Source: an uncultured Actinomycetes bacterium
GTDB taxonomy: Bacteria; Actinomycetota; UBA4738; HRBIN12
DNA length: 64,000 bases
Reading direction: 5' to 3'
Assembly (NCBI GenBank): GCA_963704725.1
Contig: OY969934.1
Coordinates: 1,120,001-1,184,000, forward strand
Within the stretch, counting starts at the first letter, position 1, and each line of letters opens with the position of its first letter. This document shows positions 52,101 to 61,762 of this stretch, piece after piece. The position numbers were made by a program, and so were the translations under genes. The notes under the pieces were generated by a model. The model was not told the origin of the DNA. It did not search any database and worked only from the letters and a program-made list of their open reading frames with translations.

Positions 52101-52793
52101 ATGCAGCCTGTACCGGACGAGACGACGACCGTGCTCGTGGTCGACGACCACGCGGTGTTCTCCGACGCCGTGGCCATGCTCCTCGAGCAGCAGCCGGACG
52201 TGCGGCTGGTGGGAGCGGCGCGCGACGCCGACGAGGCCATCCGCCTGATCAACCTGGATCCCGACGAGCAGCCGGACGTCGTCCTCGTGGACCTCGACCT
52301 CCCCGGGATCGACGGCATCCAGGCGACGCGGCGGATCCGCGAGCTCTCGCCCGACTCGAAGGTCGTGGTCCTCACGGCTCTGCAGGACCCCGAGGTCATC
52401 GCCGACGCCCTCGCCGCGGGGGCGTGCGGATACGTGCCCAAGACCCGCGCCGTCGAGGAGCTCATGGACGTCGTGCGGCGGGCCGCGGCGGGCGAGCTCG
52501 TGATGCCGGTGCGGGACCTCGCCCCGGTCCTGGAGCAGCTCCGGAGCGCCCACGGCCGCCCCGAGGGAGACCTGCTGCTCCGCCGTCTCACGGTGCGCGA
52601 GACCGAGATCCTCCGCTTCCTGGCCTCGGGCGAGACGACGAGCCAGGTCGCCGACCGTCTGCAGATCAGCGCCCTCACGGTGCAGAGCCACGTCAAGAGC
52701 ATCCTGGCCAAGCTCGGCGTCCACTCGAAGATCGAGGCCGTGACGCTGGCCTGGCGCAGCGGCCTGGCGAACACCGAGAAGCCCGCGGGCTGA
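52101..52793 (+). CDS. NarL/LuxR response regulator
   Basis: VDDH, LVDLDLP (phospho-Asp), LT, YVPK; LT.RE.EIL HTH. Confidence 0.92.
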   Translation: MQPVPDETTTVLVVDDHAVFSDAVAMLLEQQPDVRLVGAARDADEAIRLINLDPDEQPDVVLVDLDLPGIDGIQATRRIRELSPDSKVVVLTALQDPEVIADALAAGACGYVPKTRAVEELMDVVRRAAAGELVMPVRDLAPVLEQLRSAHGRPEGDLLLRRLTVRETEILRFLASGETTSQVADRLQISALTVQSHVKSILAKLGVHSKIEAVTLAWRSGLANTEKPAG

Positions 52794-53500
52794 TGGGCGA
52801 GGCCGCCGTGGCCGCCACGCCCGCCCGCACCGAGCTGGGATCGCCGGTCCGGGTGCTCGTCGTCGAGGACCACGCCGTCATCCGCGGCGTGATCCGGCTC
52901 GCGTGCGAGCACGCGTTCGGGCTCAAGGTGATCGGGGAGGTGGAGACCGGCGAGGAGGCGCTCGAGCGCTGCCACGCCGATCCGCCGGACGTGATCGTCC
53001 TCGACCTGGCGCTCCCCGGCAGGGTCCAGGGGCTCGACGTCGCCCGGCAGCTCCGCGCCGAGGGCCACCCCGCCAAGATCCTCGTCCTCACGGGCCTGAC
53101 GGACGAGCACGTGCTCTTCGAGAGCATCCGGGCGGGGGTGGACGGCTACCTGGAGAAGACCGCCGGCGTCCGGTTCGTGGCCGACGCCCTGTGGCGTGTG
53201 GCGCGAGGGGAGCGGGTGTTCTCCCGCGACCAGGAGCGGGTCGCCGTGGCCGAGCTGGGACGCCTGGCCCGGCTGACCCGCGCGGCCTCCGGGGCCCAAC
53301 AGGTCCTGAGCGACCGCGAGATCGAGATCCTCGACCTGGTGGCGACGGGCCTGACCGTGAAGCAGGTGGGGTCGCGCCTGCGCCTGTCGCCGCGCACGGT
53401 CGAGACGCACCTGTCGAAGCTCTACCGCAAGCTCGGCGCGCGGAATCGGGTCCAGGCCCTGTCGCGCGCCGCCGGTCTCGGCCTCATCGACCTCGGCTGA
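52793..53500 (+). CDS. NarL/LuxR response regulator
   Basis: VEDH, VLDLALP, LTG, YLEK; LSDREIEIL HTH; TGATG coupling. Confidence 0.92.
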   Translation: MGEAAVAATPARTELGSPVRVLVVEDHAVIRGVIRLACEHAFGLKVIGEVETGEEALERCHADPPDVIVLDLALPGRVQGLDVARQLRAEGHPAKILVLTGLTDEHVLFESIRAGVDGYLEKTAGVRFVADALWRVARGERVFSRDQERVAVAELGRLARLTRAASGAQQVLSDREIEILDLVATGLTVKQVGSRLRLSPRTVETHLSKLYRKLGARNRVQALSRAAGLGLIDLG

Positions 53501-53532
53501 TCAGGGCCTTGTGGATATCCCTCAACGGGCCG

Positions 53533-53560
53533 TACAGACTTCCCGGCCCGCGGCCGATAC
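53533..53560 (+). promoter_or_regulatory. putative sigma-28 promoter
   Basis: TACA-N16-GCCGATAC. Confidence 0.55.
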
Positions 53561-53605
53561 CTCCTTCGAGAGATACGCATGACCCCGTACGTGGGTGGGG
53601 GTGAC

Positions 53606-54328
53606 ATGGCCAGCAGGGCGATCGCGGACCAATCGGAACAGGTGGCGATGCTGCGACCGCAGAAACGGCGGCTGGGCGTGATCCTCGTGGACCCGCTCGC
53701 GGTCGTGCGAGCGGGGATGTCCCTCCTCATCGAGGACCGCCCCGACCTCGAGGTCATCGCGGAGGCGGGGACCGCGGAGGAGACGCTGCTCGCCCTGGCC
53801 CGGATCCGCCGCCTGTCGGTCGTGGTGGTCGTCGGCCTCAACCTGGAGGGAGAGCACGACGCCTACTGGCTGATCCGCGCCATCCGGGAGCGGTTCCCCG
53901 CGCTCGCCGTGCTCGCGTGCGGCGCGCGGTCCGACCCGATGGCGATCTCCCGGGCCCTGTTCCTCGGGGCGGACGGCTACGTGGACAAGACCATCGACCC
54001 GGTGGAGTTCCTGCAGACGATCCGCCAGGCCGCCGACGGCGAGATGGTGCTCGCCGGACCTCCGAACGAGTGGGTGGGCGCGATCGCCGACGGCCTCGAG
54101 CAGCGCCGGGAGGTCGAGACCCGGCTCACCGACCGCGAGCGGCAGGTGCTGAGCGTGGCCGCCGAGGGCCTCACCGCCCGGGAGATCGGGGGCCGCCTCG
54201 GCGTCCGCGAACGGACGGTCACGACGCACCTCGGCCGGATCTACGGGAAGCTCGGGGTCGGGACCCGGGTCGCGGCGATCCGCGTCGCCGCGCAGTCCGG
54301 GCTCGTCTCGGTCGGCGCGCCCGAGTAG
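53606..54328 (+). CDS. atypical NarL/LuxR response regulator lacking the phospho-Asp (WhiI-like)
   Basis: VDP instead of DD, VVGLNL instead of D-L, no switch Thr; intact LTDRERQVL HTH. Confidence 0.85.
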   Translation: MASRAIADQSEQVAMLRPQKRRLGVILVDPLAVVRAGMSLLIEDRPDLEVIAEAGTAEETLLALARIRRLSVVVVVGLNLEGEHDAYWLIRAIRERFPALAVLACGARSDPMAISRALFLGADGYVDKTIDPVEFLQTIRQAADGEMVLAGPPNEWVGAIADGLEQRREVETRLTDRERQVLSVAAEGLTAREIGGRLGVRERTVTTHLGRIYGKLGVGTRVAAIRVAAQSGLVSVGAPE

Positions 54329-54329
54329 C

Positions 54330-55811
54330 TCAGCTCGCGGCGTCGCACGGCGGGAGCGGGGCTGGCGGGGCGCGGCCCTCACGGACGTAGATCAGCCCGT
54401 CGGCGTCCGCGTACACCTTCGTCCATCCCTCGGCCGAGGTCAGGGCGGCGACCAGCGGCTCCTCCGTGCTCCGGTCGACCACGAGCACGCGGACCCCAAG
54501 CGCGTCGAGCCGTCGCTCCCAGCCCGGCGCGGCCTCGGCCAGGTCGAGCGACGCCCGGACGACATCGTCCGGGAGCACCTCGAAGCGCGAGTCGACGGAC
54601 ACGGGGTGCCCGGGTAGCTCCAGCTCGAACCACGATCCCCACGCCTGGGGGTTGGCGAAGGGCTCGCCCGGCTCCAGCACCGACCGCAGCTCGGCCGCGA
54701 GCCGGCTCGGCGCGTGGGCGACCAGCCCTGGCGGCGGGCGGTCGCCCTCGTACGGCAACCAGCGGACGAGCGTGACCAGTGGAACAACGGCGACCGCCAC
54801 GCCGATCACGGTGTTCGCCCGGTTCCGGACGTCGACGGCGGGCCGGCGGCTCGCCCACGGCAGGCCCGAGAGCGTGACGGCGAGCACGATCACCCACCAG
54901 TGGACCGCTCGGCTCGAGGTTGCGGCGAGTGCGAGGAACACGACGAGCTGGACCCACCGGGTCCACGTCGGCTCACGGCGGTTCCGCCAGAGCACGACGA
55001 TCGCGAGTCCGACCGACACGAAGAAGGCCGCGCCCGTGTAGGTCCCGACCGAGGGGGGGCGCCACTCGCGGACGACCTCCCGGATCGTCGGGTCGGTGGA
55101 GAGCTCGACCACGTAGGTCCAGACGCGAGCCCCGAAGGGGGTGACGAAGGTCGCGAGCGACGCCAGCACGAGGACGCCGAGCGCGGAGCGTCCGCCGGCT
55201 CGTCTCCGGTCCTCGAGCCAGGTGACGAAGAGCAGGAAGACGCCGAGGGGGAAGCTGCCGTGGACGTTCGCCCACACGAGCAGGACGGGGACGGCCCACC
55301 AGAGCCGTTGGGGATGGATCTCCCGCCCCTCCAGGATCCACAGCAGGGCCGCGAAGAGCACCAGCCCCAGCAACTGCGCTCGCAGCTGCAGGCCGCCGAG
55401 CATCGCGAGGCACGCGACGAGCGTCGCCCATGCGGCCGCCCGGCTGACCGCGCCGGTGTGACGGCACGCCGCGTACAGGAAACCCGCGAGGGCGCCGACG
55501 AGCACCCCGCGAGCGAGCGCGAGCCCCAGCCATCCGAGCGCGTCGAACGCCCCGGCCAGGAGGAGCTCACCGCCCCACTGCTGGTTGACCCAAGGTGCGC
55601 AGTGGGCCGTGAACGTGAAGGGGTCGACCCGCAGCACCCCGCCGGACTCCAGCATGACGTGGCCGGCTCGGACGGCGTAGGCGAGATCGACGCTGGACAT
55701 GGCGCCGAAGGCCAGGGTCACCGGGAGGGCCACGGCCGCGAGGACCCACACGGTCGAGAGCCGGAGGCCCGCGCCGGAACGGATGGGCGCGGCGGGGTCC
55801 CGGGTGCTCAT
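54330..55811 (-). CDS. multi-pass membrane protein, probable GT-C glycosyltransferase
   Basis: DL....RAG, DPFTFT, W.NQQW, R.Q, WANVHGSF, EW.PP; about 11 TM helices plus soluble C-terminus. Confidence 0.65.
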   Translation of the reverse strand: MSTRDPAAPIRSGAGLRLSTVWVLAAVALPVTLAFGAMSSVDLAYAVRAGHVMLESGGVLRVDPFTFTAHCAPWVNQQWGGELLLAGAFDALGWLGLALARGVLVGALAGFLYAACRHTGAVSRAAAWATLVACLAMLGGLQLRAQLLGLVLFAALLWILEGREIHPQRLWWAVPVLLVWANVHGSFPLGVFLLFVTWLEDRRRAGGRSALGVLVLASLATFVTPFGARVWTYVVELSTDPTIREVVREWRPPSVGTYTGAAFFVSVGLAIVVLWRNRREPTWTRWVQLVVFLALAATSSRAVHWWVIVLAVTLSGLPWASRRPAVDVRNRANTVIGVAVAVVPLVTLVRWLPYEGDRPPPGLVAHAPSRLAAELRSVLEPGEPFANPQAWGSWFELELPGHPVSVDSRFEVLPDDVVRASLDLAEAAPGWERRLDALGVRVLVVDRSTEEPLVAALTSAEGWTKVYADADGLIYVREGRAPPAPLPPCDAAS

Positions 55812-55990
55812 CGCGCACATCGTAGGCGTCGGCCCGACCTCGCCTCGTACGTTCGCGACCGTACGTAGAACGACGTACCCGTCCTCCGTGGAACTCGGAA
55901 TACCAACTGGGCCATGTCAGGCCCACCATGGGGTTCGCACGGCCAGCTCGATGAGACGACGGCGACGGACGCTGGAGGGAGGTGCAAGGA

Positions 55991-56188
55991 ATGCTGGATC
56001 TGGTTTTCGCGGGCGTCAACTTCCTGCGGGCGCGGTTCCCACGTGAGGACGGCGCGGTGGCCACGGAGTATGGCCTCCTGCTGGTCCTGATCGCTCTCGT
56101 GATCGCTGCGGGTGCAACGGCCCTCGGGATCACGCTGAACAACGTGTTCAACAACGCTGACAGCTCGCTGGGCGGCGCAGCCTCCTAG
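55991..56188 (+). CDS. flp: Flp family type IVc pilin
   Basis: EDG|AVATEYGLLLVLIAL processing motif. Confidence 0.92.
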   Translation: MLDLVFAGVNFLRARFPREDGAVATEYGLLLVLIALVIAAGATALGITLNNVFNNADSSLGGAAS

Positions 56189-56203
56189 CCACCACCCGCA
56201 CCA

Positions 56204-56226
56204 GAGCGGCCTTTCGTCGGCCGCTC
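56204..56226 (+). terminator. hairpin after flp (terminator or mRNA stabiliser)
   Basis: GAGCGGCC-N7-GGCCGCTC. Confidence 0.5.
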
Positions 56227-56386
56227 ACTCCCCCCCGCCGAAGGAGGGAGCGAGGGGCCGACGAACGATCGTCGGCACGACGTCGGGATACGTCCTGCTC
56301 CGGCTCACACCCCGGTGCCAGCGGGCGCCGGGGAACGCGGATCGCAGGTCGTGCCGATGCCGACTGAATCGAACAGGGGGATACGC

Positions 56387-57190
56387 ATGAGGTCTCGAGG
56401 ACTCGTCGTGGTGCTCGCGCTGATCCTCGCCACGCTCGCGACGGCGGGGGTCTTCCTGTACTCGCAGGGCGTCAAGGAGGATGCCGTCAACGGCGGCGAC
56501 ATGGTGACCGTCGTGGTGTCCAAGGTGGACGTCCCGGCGAACACCGACCTGAACCAGCTGGTCGCCGACGACCAGTTCCGCACGCTCGAGGTGCCGCGCG
56601 ACGCCGTCATCGCCGACGCGGTGACCGAGGTCGCCCAGCTCGAAGGGCGCCGGAACAGCGTGTTCATCTTCGAGGGCGAGCAGATCCCCATCGGCCGCGT
56701 CCAGGGCGGAGAGGTCCCGGGCGGCCTCCTCAGCATCCCCGAGGGCTACCAGGCCATCACGGTCGCGCTCGAGGCTCCGGCGGCGATCTCCGGAACGCTC
56801 GCCGGCGGTGACATGGTCACGATCTACGCGACGTTCACCCAGGTCCAGATCGTGAGGCTGAACAAGAAGTTCGAGCCGGCGGCCGATCCATCGGCCGACC
56901 AGAGGCAGGCCTTCGACACGACCGTGGTGCTCGTCCCACAGGCGCAGGTGCTCCGGGTGATCCGCGAGGACGTGGGAGGTGTGGCTGGCGATGCCCAGGA
57001 TGCGACCGCGTCGTCGGCGATCCAGGTCATCCTGGCGCTCACGCCGGAGGACGCGCAGAAGTTCGTGTTCGCGCTCGAGCTGGGCAAGCCCTACATGTCG
57101 CTGCTGCCGCCGGACGGCGAGGGCGTCTCGCTCGATCCGCTGACGGCCGCCAGGATCCTGGTTCCCAGGCAGCCCGAGCAGGGGAACTAG
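56387..57190 (+). CDS. cpaB: Flp pilus assembly protein CpaB/RcpC
   Basis: N-terminal TM, SAF domain (VVV...DVPA.T, I.EGEQI), IPEG..AITV, GD.V.I, LALTPEDA. Confidence 0.88.
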   Translation: MRSRGLVVVLALILATLATAGVFLYSQGVKEDAVNGGDMVTVVVSKVDVPANTDLNQLVADDQFRTLEVPRDAVIADAVTEVAQLEGRRNSVFIFEGEQIPIGRVQGGEVPGGLLSIPEGYQAITVALEAPAAISGTLAGGDMVTIYATFTQVQIVRLNKKFEPAADPSADQRQAFDTTVVLVPQAQVLRVIREDVGGVAGDAQDATASSAIQVILALTPEDAQKFVFALELGKPYMSLLPPDGEGVSLDPLTAARILVPRQPEQGN

Positions 57191-57198
57191 GGGCAACC

Positions 57199-58419
57199 AT
57201 GGCCGAGTCGGTCATCGCCGTCGGAACGCCGCAGGGGTTCAGGACGACGGTCGCGCGGGCTCTGGAGGTCGAGGCCGATGACATCGGCTGGGCCCAGTCG
57301 GTCACGGCGGCGGAGGAGATCCTCGTCGAGTCCGGGGACCCGGTCGGGGTGCTCGTGCTCTCGCCCGAGGTGAAGGAGCCCGACGCGCTCGGCCTGGCCG
57401 AGTTCGTCAGTCGCACGGCCCCGATGACCTCGATCGTCCTGGTCCGCGACAAGACCTGGAACGGGTTGCTGCCCGCCGCGATGCGGGCCGGGATCCGTGA
57501 CGTGGTCGACCTGACGCAGGGCAGCGAGGAGATCCGCGACGCCGTCGAACGCGCCCTGATCTGGGCGGAGAGCCTGCAGCAGGTGCGCGGCGACATGCGG
57601 ATGAGGCCGTCGGTGCGCGGCGTGGTCATCTCGGTCTTCTCCTCCAAGGGCGGGACCGGCAAGACGTTCCTGACGACGAACCTTGCCGCGGCGATCGCGG
57701 AGCTCTCGGGCAAGGACACGGCCGTCGTCGACCTCGACGTCGACATGGGCGACGTGTTCAGCTACTTCGGATCCGAGCCCACCAAGCAGGTGGGCGACCT
57801 GATCGCGCTCGGGGAGGGCGCCGATCGCGACACGGTGATCGGCAGCTCCGCGCGGTTCGGGGAGCACCTGTACGGCTTCGGCGCCGTTCCCGATCCGGCC
57901 ATGCAGCCGCCGGCCGGCGAGGCCGTCGGCAAGTACCTGCGCGTCCTGCGGAACAACTTCGCGTACGTCGTCGTCGACGCGTCGGCCGACTACACGGACC
58001 TGGCGCTGGCGTGCTTCGACCTCTCGGACGCGATCTGCCTGGTCACCGGTCTCGACGTCGTCGGCGTGAAGCACCTGTCGAAGGCGCTGGAGACGCTCCT
58101 GACGATCGGCCTGCCCCGGGAGCGGTTCCGGATCGTGCTCAACCGGGCGGACAGCAAGGTGGGGCTCGACTCCGGCGACGTCGAGCGCGTCATGAAGATC
58201 GAGGTCGACACGCTGATCCCTTCGAGCCGCGCGGTGCCGACCTCCCTGAACAAGGGCCGGCCCGTCGTCTGGGAGGAACCGAACTCCGACGTGTCGGTCA
58301 GCATCCGCCGGCTCGCCGAGCGGTTCACGTCGCCGGCGCCCGAGGCGGAGATGAACGGAAGCGATCCGGCCGAGCAGGACGCGGAGCCCAGGCGGCGACG
58401 CGGCCTGTTCCGCCGTTGA
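57199..58419 (+). CDS. cpaE: CpaE/TadZ pilus localisation ATPase (receiver-like + ParA/MinD)
   Basis: AMRAGIRD, SSKGGTGKT, VDLD...GD, VLNRAD. Confidence 0.88.
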   Translation: MAESVIAVGTPQGFRTTVARALEVEADDIGWAQSVTAAEEILVESGDPVGVLVLSPEVKEPDALGLAEFVSRTAPMTSIVLVRDKTWNGLLPAAMRAGIRDVVDLTQGSEEIRDAVERALIWAESLQQVRGDMRMRPSVRGVVISVFSSKGGTGKTFLTTNLAAAIAELSGKDTAVVDLDVDMGDVFSYFGSEPTKQVGDLIALGEGADRDTVIGSSARFGEHLYGFGAVPDPAMQPPAGEAVGKYLRVLRNNFAYVVVDASADYTDLALACFDLSDAICLVTGLDVVGVKHLSKALETLLTIGLPRERFRIVLNRADSKVGLDSGDVERVMKIEVDTLIPSSRAVPTSLNKGRPVVWEEPNSDVSVSIRRLAERFTSPAPEAEMNGSDPAEQDAEPRRRRGLFRR

Positions 58420-58434
58420 CGAGGAGGCTGAAGG

Positions 58435-59757
58435 ATGTCGCTCGCAGATCGACTCGCGAAGGCCAGCCAGCGGGACCGGATCGCCGAGATCCGCATGCAC
58501 GTCCAGGAGCGCCTGGTCGAGGTGCTCGGTCCGCGCCTGTACGACGCCTCCATGTCGGACACCGAGCTCGAGGGCCTCGTCCACCAGCGGCTGCGTGAGC
58601 TGCTGGACGACGAGGAGCCGGGTCTGTCCGCGCAGGAGAAGCTGCTGATCGTCCGTCAGATCGGCGACAGCGTCCTCGGTCTGGGGCCGCTCGAGCCGTT
58701 CGTCCGCGACCCGGAGGTCACGGAGATCATGGCGAACGGCTGGGACTCGATCTACGTGGAGCGCGCCGGCAAGCTGTACTGGACCGGCGCGAAGTTCCAC
58801 GACGACGCCCAGCTCCGGCGCACGATCGACAAGATCGTGGGCAAGGTCGGCCGGCGCATCGACGAGTCCTCGCCCTACTGCGACGCGCGCCTGCCCGACG
58901 GCTCGCGCGTGAACGCGATCATCCCGCCGCTGGCGGTCGACGGCCCGGCGCTCACGATCCGCAAGTTCGCCGCCGACCCCTACCAGGCCGAGGACCTGAT
59001 CGGATTCGGGACGATGACGCGGCAGGTCGTCGAGCTGCTCGAGGCGTGCGTCCGGGGGCGCGTCAACATGCTGGTGTCGGGTGGGACCGGCGCGGGGAAG
59101 ACGACGACCCTGAACGTCCTGTCATCGTTCCTGCCCGACGACGAGCGCATCGTGACGATCGAGGACGCTGCGGAGCTCCGCCTCCAGCAGCCGCACACCG
59201 TGCGCCTCGAGGCCCGGCCGCCGAACATCGAGGGGCGCGGCGAGGTCACGATCCGCGACCTCGTCCGCAACTCCCTGCGCATGCGCCCCGACCGCATCGT
59301 CGTCGGCGAGGTCCGGGGCGGCGAGGCCCTGGACATGATGCAGGCCATGAACACGGGCCACGACGGCTCGATCAGCACGATCCACAGCAACTCGCCGAGG
59401 GACGCGCTCTCCCGTCTGGAGACGATGTGCCTGATGTCCGGGATGGACATCGGCATCCGAGCCATCCGCGAGCAGATCTCCTCGGCCCTCCAGCTGATCG
59501 TGCACCAGTCGCGGATGAAGGACGGCTCCCGCCGCATCACACACGTGACCGAGATCGTGGGCATGGAGGGCGACGTCATCACGCTCCAAGACCTGTTCCT
59601 GTTCGACTACAGCGCCGGGGTCGACTCGGAGGGGAAGTTCCTCGGAGGTGTCAAGGCCACCGGACTGCGCCCCCACTTCGTCGAGAAGATGCAGGAGCGG
59701 GGGATCGTGGTCCCCGCCGAGGTCTTCGCGCCCGTCACCGGGGGGCGAGCCGCGTGA
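58435..59757 (+). CDS. cpaF: Tad secretion ATPase CpaF/TadA
   Basis: [53 protein letters not shown]. Confidence 0.95.
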   Translation: MSLADRLAKASQRDRIAEIRMHVQERLVEVLGPRLYDASMSDTELEGLVHQRLRELLDDEEPGLSAQEKLLIVRQIGDSVLGLGPLEPFVRDPEVTEIMANGWDSIYVERAGKLYWTGAKFHDDAQLRRTIDKIVGKVGRRIDESSPYCDARLPDGSRVNAIIPPLAVDGPALTIRKFAADPYQAEDLIGFGTMTRQVVELLEACVRGRVNMLVSGGTGAGKTTTLNVLSSFLPDDERIVTIEDAAELRLQQPHTVRLEARPPNIEGRGEVTIRDLVRNSLRMRPDRIVVGEVRGGEALDMMQAMNTGHDGSISTIHSNSPRDALSRLETMCLMSGMDIGIRAIREQISSALQLIVHQSRMKDGSRRITHVTEIVGMEGDVITLQDLFLFDYSAGVDSEGKFLGGVKATGLRPHFVEKMQERGIVVPAEVFAPVTGGRAA

Positions 59758-60746
59758 TGCTCTCGGTCACGTTCTGGGGTTCCGACGCCGCGCTGCTCGC
59801 CGTGCTGGGCTCGTCCTTCGTGGCCGTGTTCCTGGTGGCCACGTTCCTGATGGGATCGCGCGCCCGCAGCCGTCGCGACCGGAGCCTGGCGCTGCGCTTC
59901 GGGGGCAGGAAGCGGTCCGAGAAGGACGAGGAGCCCGTTCCCACGCAGTGGGTCCCCGAGGCGTTCGCGCAGGCCGGGCAGCGGTTCGCCACGGCCACGG
60001 GCTTCAGCGCGGCCCTCGAGCTTCGCCTGGAGCAATCCGGCGTGCCGATCCTGGCCGGCGAGTTCGTCGCGCTGACGGCCGCGAGCGCGCTCGTGGGCGC
60101 GGTCGTGGCCGCCATCTTCCTCCCCAACATCGTCTTCATCCTGATGATCGCCGGCGTGGTCGCGCTGATCCCCTACACGTTCGTCCTGCGGGCCCATCGC
60201 AAGCGCAAGGGCCTGATGGTCGAGCAGCTCGCCGACACGATGTCGATCCTCGCCACCTCCCTGCGCGCCGGGTACTCGTTCCTTCAGGCGCTGGACACCG
60301 TGTCCAAGGAGATCGGAGAGCCGTCGGCCGGCGAGTTCCAGCGCGTCGTCGCCGAGATCCGGCTGGGCCGCCCCGTCGACGAGGCGCTCATGGCCATGGC
60401 GGAGCGCGTGGACAGCGAGGACATGAAGTGGGCCGTCATCGCCATCGGCGTCCAGCGCCAGGTCGGCGGCAACCTGGCGGAGGTGCTCGACATCGTGGCG
60501 TCCACGGTGCGAGAGCGCGCCTACATCCGCCGGCAGATCAACGTGCTGTCGGCCGAGGGACGCCTCTCGGTCGTCATCCTGTCCGTCATCCCGTTCCTGC
60601 TGCTCGCCTATCTCGCCGTCGTGAACCCCGACTATCTCTCGCCGCTGTTCAGCACGACGGCCGGCATCGTGATGATCGCCGCCGGAAGCGTGTTCATGAC
60701 CATGGGGATCTTCATCATGACCAGGATCATCAAGATCGATGTCTAG
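59757..60746 (+). CDS. tadB: Tad inner membrane platform protein TadB
   Basis: QL.D...LA.SLRAGYS, EF.RV..E..LG, Q.QVGGNLAEVL, LSAEGR. Confidence 0.9.
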   Translation: MLSVTFWGSDAALLAVLGSSFVAVFLVATFLMGSRARSRRDRSLALRFGGRKRSEKDEEPVPTQWVPEAFAQAGQRFATATGFSAALELRLEQSGVPILAGEFVALTAASALVGAVVAAIFLPNIVFILMIAGVVALIPYTFVLRAHRKRKGLMVEQLADTMSILATSLRAGYSFLQALDTVSKEIGEPSAGEFQRVVAEIRLGRPVDEALMAMAERVDSEDMKWAVIAIGVQRQVGGNLAEVLDIVASTVRERAYIRRQINVLSAEGRLSVVILSVIPFLLLAYLAVVNPDYLSPLFSTTAGIVMIAAGSVFMTMGIFIMTRIIKIDV

Positions 60747-61680
60747 TCTCTGGCTCGCTCTCGCGCTCGTCGGGACGTTCCTCACCATCTTCATGGTCGG
60801 CGTCGTCGTCGACATGCTCCTGCGTGAGCGGAACCGTCCCGTGACCCTGCTTCAGTCCCAGCTCGGGCAGGTGCCCGACGCCCCCGACTTCCGCACCAAC
60901 CCACAGCTCGAGGGCTCGGTCCTGGAACGCGTCCTCATGCCGGGCGTCAAGCGACTGGGGCGCGGCCTCGTCCGCCTCACGCCCTTCGACCTGAACGCTC
61001 GGATCGTCGAGCTGCTCGTGCTCTCCGGCAACCCGCCGGCGTGGGACGCCGAGCGCGTCGTCGCCCTGAAGATCATCGGCGGCGTGGGGGGCGTGGTCGG
61101 CGGATCGATGCTGATGTCCCTCCTCCCGGTGCCGTTCCTGGTGAAGGTCGTCTTCGTCGTCGTGCTCGGGCTGCTCGGGTACACGATCCCGAGCGTGCAT
61201 CTGCGGGCCATGGCCAACGCCCGGCAGAAGAAGATCCAGCGGCAGCTCCCCGACGTGATGGACCTGCTGACGATCAGCGTGGAGGCCGGGCTGGGGCTCG
61301 ACGCCGCGATGGCGCAGGTGGTCCGCAACGTCCCGGGGCCGCTGGCCGAGGAGCTCTCGCGCCTGTCGCAGGAGATCAACATCGGCGTCTCGCGGTCGGA
61401 TTCGTTCCGTCACCTGGGGGAGCGCACCACCGTGCAGGAGCTCCGGGGGTTCGTCCTGTCGATGGTCCAGGCCGACCTGTTCGGGGTCTCCATCGCGAAC
61501 GTCCTGCGGGCGCAGTCCCGCGAGCTCCGGCAGAAACGGCGTCAGCGGGCGGAGGAGATCGCCCAGAAGATCCCGGTGAAGCTGCTGTTCCCGATGATCT
61601 TCCTGGTCCTTCCGGCGACCTTCATCATCATCCTCGGCCCCGGCGTCATCAAGATCTTCCAGCAGTTCTCCGGCAGCTGA
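60739..61680 (+). CDS. tadC: Tad inner membrane platform protein TadC
   Basis: LPD.MDLL.ISVEAGLGLD, QAD.FG.SI..VLR.Q, AEE.A.K.PVKL.FP...LP...P. Confidence 0.9.
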   Translation: MSSLWLALALVGTFLTIFMVGVVVDMLLRERNRPVTLLQSQLGQVPDAPDFRTNPQLEGSVLERVLMPGVKRLGRGLVRLTPFDLNARIVELLVLSGNPPAWDAERVVALKIIGGVGGVVGGSMLMSLLPVPFLVKVVFVVVLGLLGYTIPSVHLRAMANARQKKIQRQLPDVMDLLTISVEAGLGLDAAMAQVVRNVPGPLAEELSRLSQEINIGVSRSDSFRHLGERTTVQELRGFVLSMVQADLFGVSIANVLRAQSRELRQKRRQRAEEIAQKIPVKLLFPMIFLVLPATFIIILGPGVIKIFQQFSGS

Positions 61681-61762
61681 TCGGCTCCCGCTCCTGCGTC
61701 GACGACCCGTCCCTGCGGGCCTCGACGCAGGTCGCCGGCGGACCGCTTGCTAGGCTGCGGCC

